Assembly (NCBI GenBank): GCA_964500005.1
Contig: CAZCMP010000004.1
Coordinates: 97,816 to 161,815 of the forward strand
Length of the DNA: 64,000 nucleotides
Reading direction: 5' to 3'
Source of the DNA: an uncultured Thermococci archaeon
Lineage (GTDB): Archaea; Methanobacteriota_B; Thermococci; Methanofastidiosales; Methanofastidiosaceae
A model generated the notes under the pieces. It saw nothing but the letters and a program-made list of their open reading frames with translations, made no database searches and had not been told where the DNA came from. The translations under genes were made by a program, and so were the position numbers. Shown here in pieces: positions 59,671 through 64,000 of the stretch; positions within the stretch are counted from its first letter, which is position 1; every line of letters begins with the position of its first letter.

Positions 59671-59882
59671 TTGCTCCATACAGAAAGGAAATCTTATCGA
59701 TTTAAAAAGTTTTATATGATTGTTAAAATCTAATTTCAGAATAATTAGCCGTATAGAGTTTTAGTTCTCTATACAGCGGAATACTATATGCCAGTAACAC
59801 TAATATATAAGAAAGTGTTACTATTTATAAATCTATCTGTAGGCCTAGATACTTTTTTAATTTAGATGTCCTACCCTATACA

Positions 59883-60236
59883 ATGCCTTCTCATGACTTA
59901 TCTAAAATTTTTAAAAAACTCACCTATCAAAGGAATTTTTTTGAGCTATCAAGAGGTCTAATGTTTAGGAAGGATATATCCAAATCAAATGAAGCATATA
60001 TCTTTGTTCTAGATAAGGAAAGGAAGGCCGCAATAACGATGATGTTTGTTTTTTTCTCAATCGATGTTATTTGGCTTAACTCTGAATTTCAGGTGATAGA
60101 CACAAAGGAAAATGTAAAACCTTTTTCATTTTATACAGGCCACGAAGGCAAAGCCAAATACTTTATTGAAATGCCGCTAAACTCTATTAAGAAACATAAA
60201 ATGATTAAGGGAGACAAGATTCTGTTTAGTATTTAG
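59883..60236 (+). CDS. DUF192 domain protein
   Basis: RGLMFR...MMFVFFSIDVIWL...AKYFIEMP...GD. Confidence 0.88.
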   Translation: MPSHDLSKIFKKLTYQRNFFELSRGLMFRKDISKSNEAYIFVLDKERKAAITMMFVFFSIDVIWLNSEFQVIDTKENVKPFSFYTGHEGKAKYFIEMPLNSIKKHKMIKGDKILFSI

Positions 60237-60260
60237 CGAGCAATTGGAAAACTATTAATA

Positions 60261-61121
60261 ATGGTCAATCAATATAATATTATGTTCATTACTGACAATC
60301 ACATGCATATTGACCCATTAGATGGTATGGGGCTTGAAGCTGTTAGAGAATTTACTTCCGCCGGTGGCACCCATCTCATGCTTGTATACAAAACTGCTTA
60401 TGATTCGGGGACTGAAATAAAAAATGGCAAGGACTTCGGCAAAGCCTATGATTATGTAATAGATCTATCAAACAAAATAAATAAGGAAACTGATGCAAAA
60501 TCTTATCCAATAATCGGACTTCATCCTGCAGAATTTCATCATCTTATAATAAATTTTGGTAAAGAAAAGGCATTTGAGATAGCTCTTGATGCCTTAAGTG
60601 AAATTGAAAAAAGAATTTCTGAGAATCTTGTTTTTGGTATAGGTGAAGTCGGAAGGCCACATTATGAGGTAGACAAAGAGATCACTGACATGTCAAATCA
60701 GTTCCTAATCGAGGTACTAAAAGTTTCAAAGCGATTAAAATGCCCAGTACAACTACACACAGAAACTTTTGATGAAAAAAAATTTATTGAGTTGGGGGAC
60801 ATGGTAAAAAAGTATGGGGGCCTAGGAAAGGTAATCAAACATTTCTCACCGCCAATGATTTCTTTATGTGAGAAGATTGGGATTTATCCATCAGTTGTTG
60901 CAAGGGAGAAAAATATATTGAAGGCATGTGAAGAAGGAAAGAGATTTTTGATGGAAACTGATTACATTGACGATAACAAAAGACCAGGTGCCGTTGTTGG
61001 TCCCAAAACGGTCCCTAAAACTACTAAAAAACTATTTGAAAGGGGAATTCTATCAAAAGATGACATCGATTATATCCACAGGTTTTTGATAGAAAAAATT
61101 TATGGGATTGAATTTATCTGA
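60261..61121 (+). CDS. Archaeal TatD-related hydrolase
   Basis: DNHMH, GLHPAE, GEVGRPH, QLHTE, KHF, METDYIDD. Confidence 0.88.
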   Translation: MVNQYNIMFITDNHMHIDPLDGMGLEAVREFTSAGGTHLMLVYKTAYDSGTEIKNGKDFGKAYDYVIDLSNKINKETDAKSYPIIGLHPAEFHHLIINFGKEKAFEIALDALSEIEKRISENLVFGIGEVGRPHYEVDKEITDMSNQFLIEVLKVSKRLKCPVQLHTETFDEKKFIELGDMVKKYGGLGKVIKHFSPPMISLCEKIGIYPSVVAREKNILKACEEGKRFLMETDYIDDNKRPGAVVGPKTVPKTTKKLFERGILSKDDIDYIHRFLIEKIYGIEFI

Positions 61122-61404
61122 TATTCCTATAAGAGTCTATCCTCTCTTTTGATGAAAGAACTTCTGCCTTTGTCAAAAGCTCCTTATTCTTCTTTATTTC
61201 TTTATTTCTTTTCATATCTGATGATCCCATAAAGAATATGTTTGTGCCAACAATCATGAATGATATCGCTATAATAGTGGCAGCTGACATCATATAAACA
61301 TCTGCCGAGGTGGATTTAGCATTTAGAGCTACTGACAGACCAAATAATACCCCAACTGCCAAGACAATCATGCCAACTACCCATTTGAGTACATAAAGTG
61401 CCAT
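61114..61404 (-). CDS. Small two-TM hypothetical membrane protein
   Basis: Two hydrophobic helices and a charged tail. Confidence 0.7.
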   Translation of the reverse strand: MALYVLKWVVGMIVLAVGVLFGLSVALNAKSTSADVYMMSAATIIAISFMIVGTNIFFMGSSDMKRNKEIKKNKELLTKAEVLSSKERIDSYRNIR

Positions 61405-61518
61405 GATTTAAAGAAAACACCAAAAAATTTATAAGAGTTTTCTTTTTGTTGGGAAAAATCTTAAATAATCCCGTATTAATTGTAATATATACATCCAAGA
61501 CATATATATGGTGGCCTC

Positions 61519-62484
61519 ATGAAAAAATTAATTATTACTTTACTTATTATTATGGGCATTTTCTGCCAGATTCCCGTATATGCGCAGGAAGATTATGCCT
61601 GTATGGGGTGTACAATAGATTTGGATATATCTGAAAAGTCTGAACATGTTACCATCCGGATGATATTTTTAAACTTGGGGCTTCCTGATTTCAATGGTTT
61701 TTTTCTTTACGTTCCTGGTAAAGCAAATAATCTACAGGTAACAGATGACGCGGGTAATGTTCTTGAGTCTTCTACTTCGCCTATAGGTAAAGAAACTTTT
61801 GTAAGATTTTACTTCAATAGAAGCTTAAGACTAGGAGAAACTATACTTGTAAAAATTGAATATGATGTATCTGATTTAATTACAAAAAATGAATACTATA
61901 CTTTATCCTTCCCCTTCGAATCCCCTTGCGATATAAGGTATCTAAAGATGTCATTTAATTTTGAGAAGGGAATCCCAGTTTTAACTGAGTTTAAACCTTC
62001 ACCTTCAAGGTTTGAATCTGTAGACAGCACAGTTTCTGTCGTCTGGTATAAAGAAGAATTAAAAGAAGGAGAAAAATTCCTTTTTGAGGCCAATTATGAC
62101 GAGAAATATGCTCCGCTAAGGCAAATAAAAGATCAAGCTCCTCCACAAGAAGAGCCTCAAGATAATACTGCAATCTATATCCTAATGTCAACTGCAATTA
62201 TCTTCTTTGGATTAATTGGAATCCTCTTGCTCACCAGAAAGAAGGGCCATCGAAAGATAGATGTGGCATTGAATGTTTTAGATCCAAGGGAATCTAGAAT
62301 TCTAAAGATAATATACGATAACGGGGGCTCAATGACTCAGGCTAAGCTATTTGAGCAGACCACATTCTTTTCAAAACCAACTTTATCTAGAGTACTAGAT
62401 AAACTACTCAAGAGAAAGCTCATAGAAAAGGAAGAAAAGGGAAGAACAAACATCATAAAGCTTGGGGAAAAATTGAAAGAGTAA
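61519..62484 (+). CDS. Single-pass membrane protein with extracellular beta domain and cytoplasmic winged HTH
   Basis: Signal peptide, TM near aa 220-240, LDPRESRILKII..GG.MTQAKL...SKPTLSRVLDKL. Confidence 0.8.
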   Translation: MKKLIITLLIIMGIFCQIPVYAQEDYACMGCTIDLDISEKSEHVTIRMIFLNLGLPDFNGFFLYVPGKANNLQVTDDAGNVLESSTSPIGKETFVRFYFNRSLRLGETILVKIEYDVSDLITKNEYYTLSFPFESPCDIRYLKMSFNFEKGIPVLTEFKPSPSRFESVDSTVSVVWYKEELKEGEKFLFEANYDEKYAPLRQIKDQAPPQEEPQDNTAIYILMSTAIIFFGLIGILLLTRKKGHRKIDVALNVLDPRESRILKIIYDNGGSMTQAKLFEQTTFFSKPTLSRVLDKLLKRKLIEKEEKGRTNIIKLGEKLKE

Positions 62485-62523
62485 ACAAAAGAGATAAAAG
62501 ATAGAGTTTCAGTCATTATCTTT

Positions 62524-63912
62524 ATGATTAAGAAATCCCTGATGCTCCTCATCGCAAATTCATTTTCTAGAGTTGCAAATTATATGTTTACTCTATTCAC
62601 TGCAAACATACTTCTCCTTACCGAATACGGCCTTCTTTCGGCGATTATGCCTTTTCAGTCATTGATACTTGTCCTTTCATCATTTGGTATTGCTCCTTCT
62701 GTATCAAGATTCACATCAATTTACGATGCAGAAGACAAAAAAGATAAAATCTCATCTTCTCTGTTCTTTGTTCCTATTGGGATTCTCCTTTTCCTTTTTC
62801 TCTTCGTCCTTTTACCTGTGATAAGGGGCTTTTACTCAGTAGACATAAGGGATGGTATTGATACGCCACTAAAGGTAATACTTCTCGTAATACCTCTTGG
62901 GATTTTATTTTCTGTATTTACTGGAATCTTGCTTGGTATCAAAAAAGTAAATTATATGGCAGTATCGATATTTGCTCTATCATTATCTTATTTTTTACTT
63001 TCAATCCCCCTTTCATATGCCTTTAGAGTATCAGGTGCCTCGGCTGCCCTTGTAGGGGGGTATGTAATTGGTATAATAGTTTCATTTTATCTTATTTTAA
63101 AGAGCGGTATAAAATTGAGGTTGAAAAGAGAGAACTATAATGAATTTAAGAAAATATTTTCATTTGCAATCCCTGTTTCAATATTCTCATTAAGCCTTGT
63201 TCTGCTCTTCAATGCAGATATATACATCCTAGCCCACTTTTTTGGTCCAAAGACCGTTGGGATTTATGGAATGGCCTCCCCCACTGCAGGGATCATACCC
63301 TCATTTGCAATAGCTCTTTCCGCGGTTTTGTTGCCAGAGCTATCAAAACTAAAATCAATAGAAAAGGATGGAATAAAGAGTATTTTAGTATCACTTAAAG
63401 CCTCCTTCAATATTACCTTCCCAGTTGCACTTTCTCTTTTTGCTTTTTCAAGCCCAATCATATACTTCCTTTTTGGGGTCCAAGAAGGGGGATGGGTGCT
63501 AAAACTACTATCAATTGGAATGCTATTTTATTCGATATTCTACATATACTCAACTTCTCTCCAAGCGATGGGTAAACAATGGACTCCAATGAAGATAACA
63601 GTTCTTATAGCCACCATAAATGTGGCGCTTAACTATATACTCATACCGAAGTATGAAATAAATGGTGCGGCCTTTGCAACTATGATTTCTTGTATAATTG
63701 GAACGATATTAATAGTGAAAAGCTTAAGGTTAATATTTGTTCCAGAAAAAAAGTTTGTTTTATTATCAATCTTTATTTTTGTATTGATGATGGGTTTTGA
63801 AAGTATCGTAGGATTATTCCCATCAAGAGTTCTCAATCTATTAGTATATGGCGGGTTTGGAATGCCCTTACTTTTAGGTTATTTTTACTATCTTAAGAAA
63901 AAGTGGAAATAA
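62524..63912 (+). CDS. Flippase / polysaccharide biosynthesis (MOP/RfbX) transporter
   Basis: About 12-14 TM helices; EYG, VGIYG, NVALNYILIPKYEINGAAFAT. Confidence 0.88.
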   Translation: MIKKSLMLLIANSFSRVANYMFTLFTANILLLTEYGLLSAIMPFQSLILVLSSFGIAPSVSRFTSIYDAEDKKDKISSSLFFVPIGILLFLFLFVLLPVIRGFYSVDIRDGIDTPLKVILLVIPLGILFSVFTGILLGIKKVNYMAVSIFALSLSYFLLSIPLSYAFRVSGASAALVGGYVIGIIVSFYLILKSGIKLRLKRENYNEFKKIFSFAIPVSIFSLSLVLLFNADIYILAHFFGPKTVGIYGMASPTAGIIPSFAIALSAVLLPELSKLKSIEKDGIKSILVSLKASFNITFPVALSLFAFSSPIIYFLFGVQEGGWVLKLLSIGMLFYSIFYIYSTSLQAMGKQWTPMKITVLIATINVALNYILIPKYEINGAAFATMISCIIGTILIVKSLRLIFVPEKKFVLLSIFIFVLMMGFESIVGLFPSRVLNLLVYGGFGMPLLLGYFYYLKKKWK

Positions 63913-63918
63913 TTTAAA

Positions 63919-63999
63919 TTATTTTTTTAAGGAATCAAAATAGGATTTTGTGAATATCTTCAGTATGGTAATCCCGCTATAAGGCGATTGATATATATT
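63919..63999 (-). CDS. Probable 3' end of a gene starting beyond the window
   Basis: Open frame NIYQSPYSGITILKIFTKSYFDSLKK* converging on the flippase; too short to identify. Confidence 0.35.
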   Translation of the reverse strand, partial: NIYQSPYSGITILKIFTKSYFDSLKK

Positions 64000-64000
64000 G

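Overview
AT-rich (about 35% GC by eye) archaeal chromosome segment. Gene content and order (aRF1, RadB, Rnp4, Csl4-DUF2067-RpoL, AMP phosphorylase, methanogenesis marker 9-like protein, methylmalonyl-CoA genes, anaerobic oxidative-stress cluster) suggest an anaerobic euryarchaeote, most likely Ca. Methanofastidiosum / WSA2. This assignment is an inference. The window holds about 65 CDS and three tRNAs: Val-GAC, His-GTG and Pro-TGG. It has no rRNA, CRISPR array or intact transposase. Functional blocks include secreted Ig-like paralogs, HicBA and Fic, a glycine-betaine ABC transporter split by an IS630 remnant, rubredoxin/FprA/rubrerythrin, the Pst/PhoU system, cobalamin-binding mutase subunit-MeaB-epimerase, and a non-oxidative pentose phosphate operon. 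Strongest leads: (1) four genes whose Shine-Dalgarno position or signal peptide points to ATA/ATC(ATT) start codons; (2) a promoter-driven, structured ~210-nt ncRNA candidate at 28735-28949; (3) a conserved amphipathic C-terminal motif (KKSLPMxWIMKKFGLG) shared by a beta-propeller surface protein and a deleted paralog remnant fused to a Fic gene; (4) membrane-targeted bactofilin-like and AAA+ proteins and a membrane-anchored PHD-like finger; (5) an unannotated 29-aa acidic microprotein. All product calls come from motif recognition, with no database searches.
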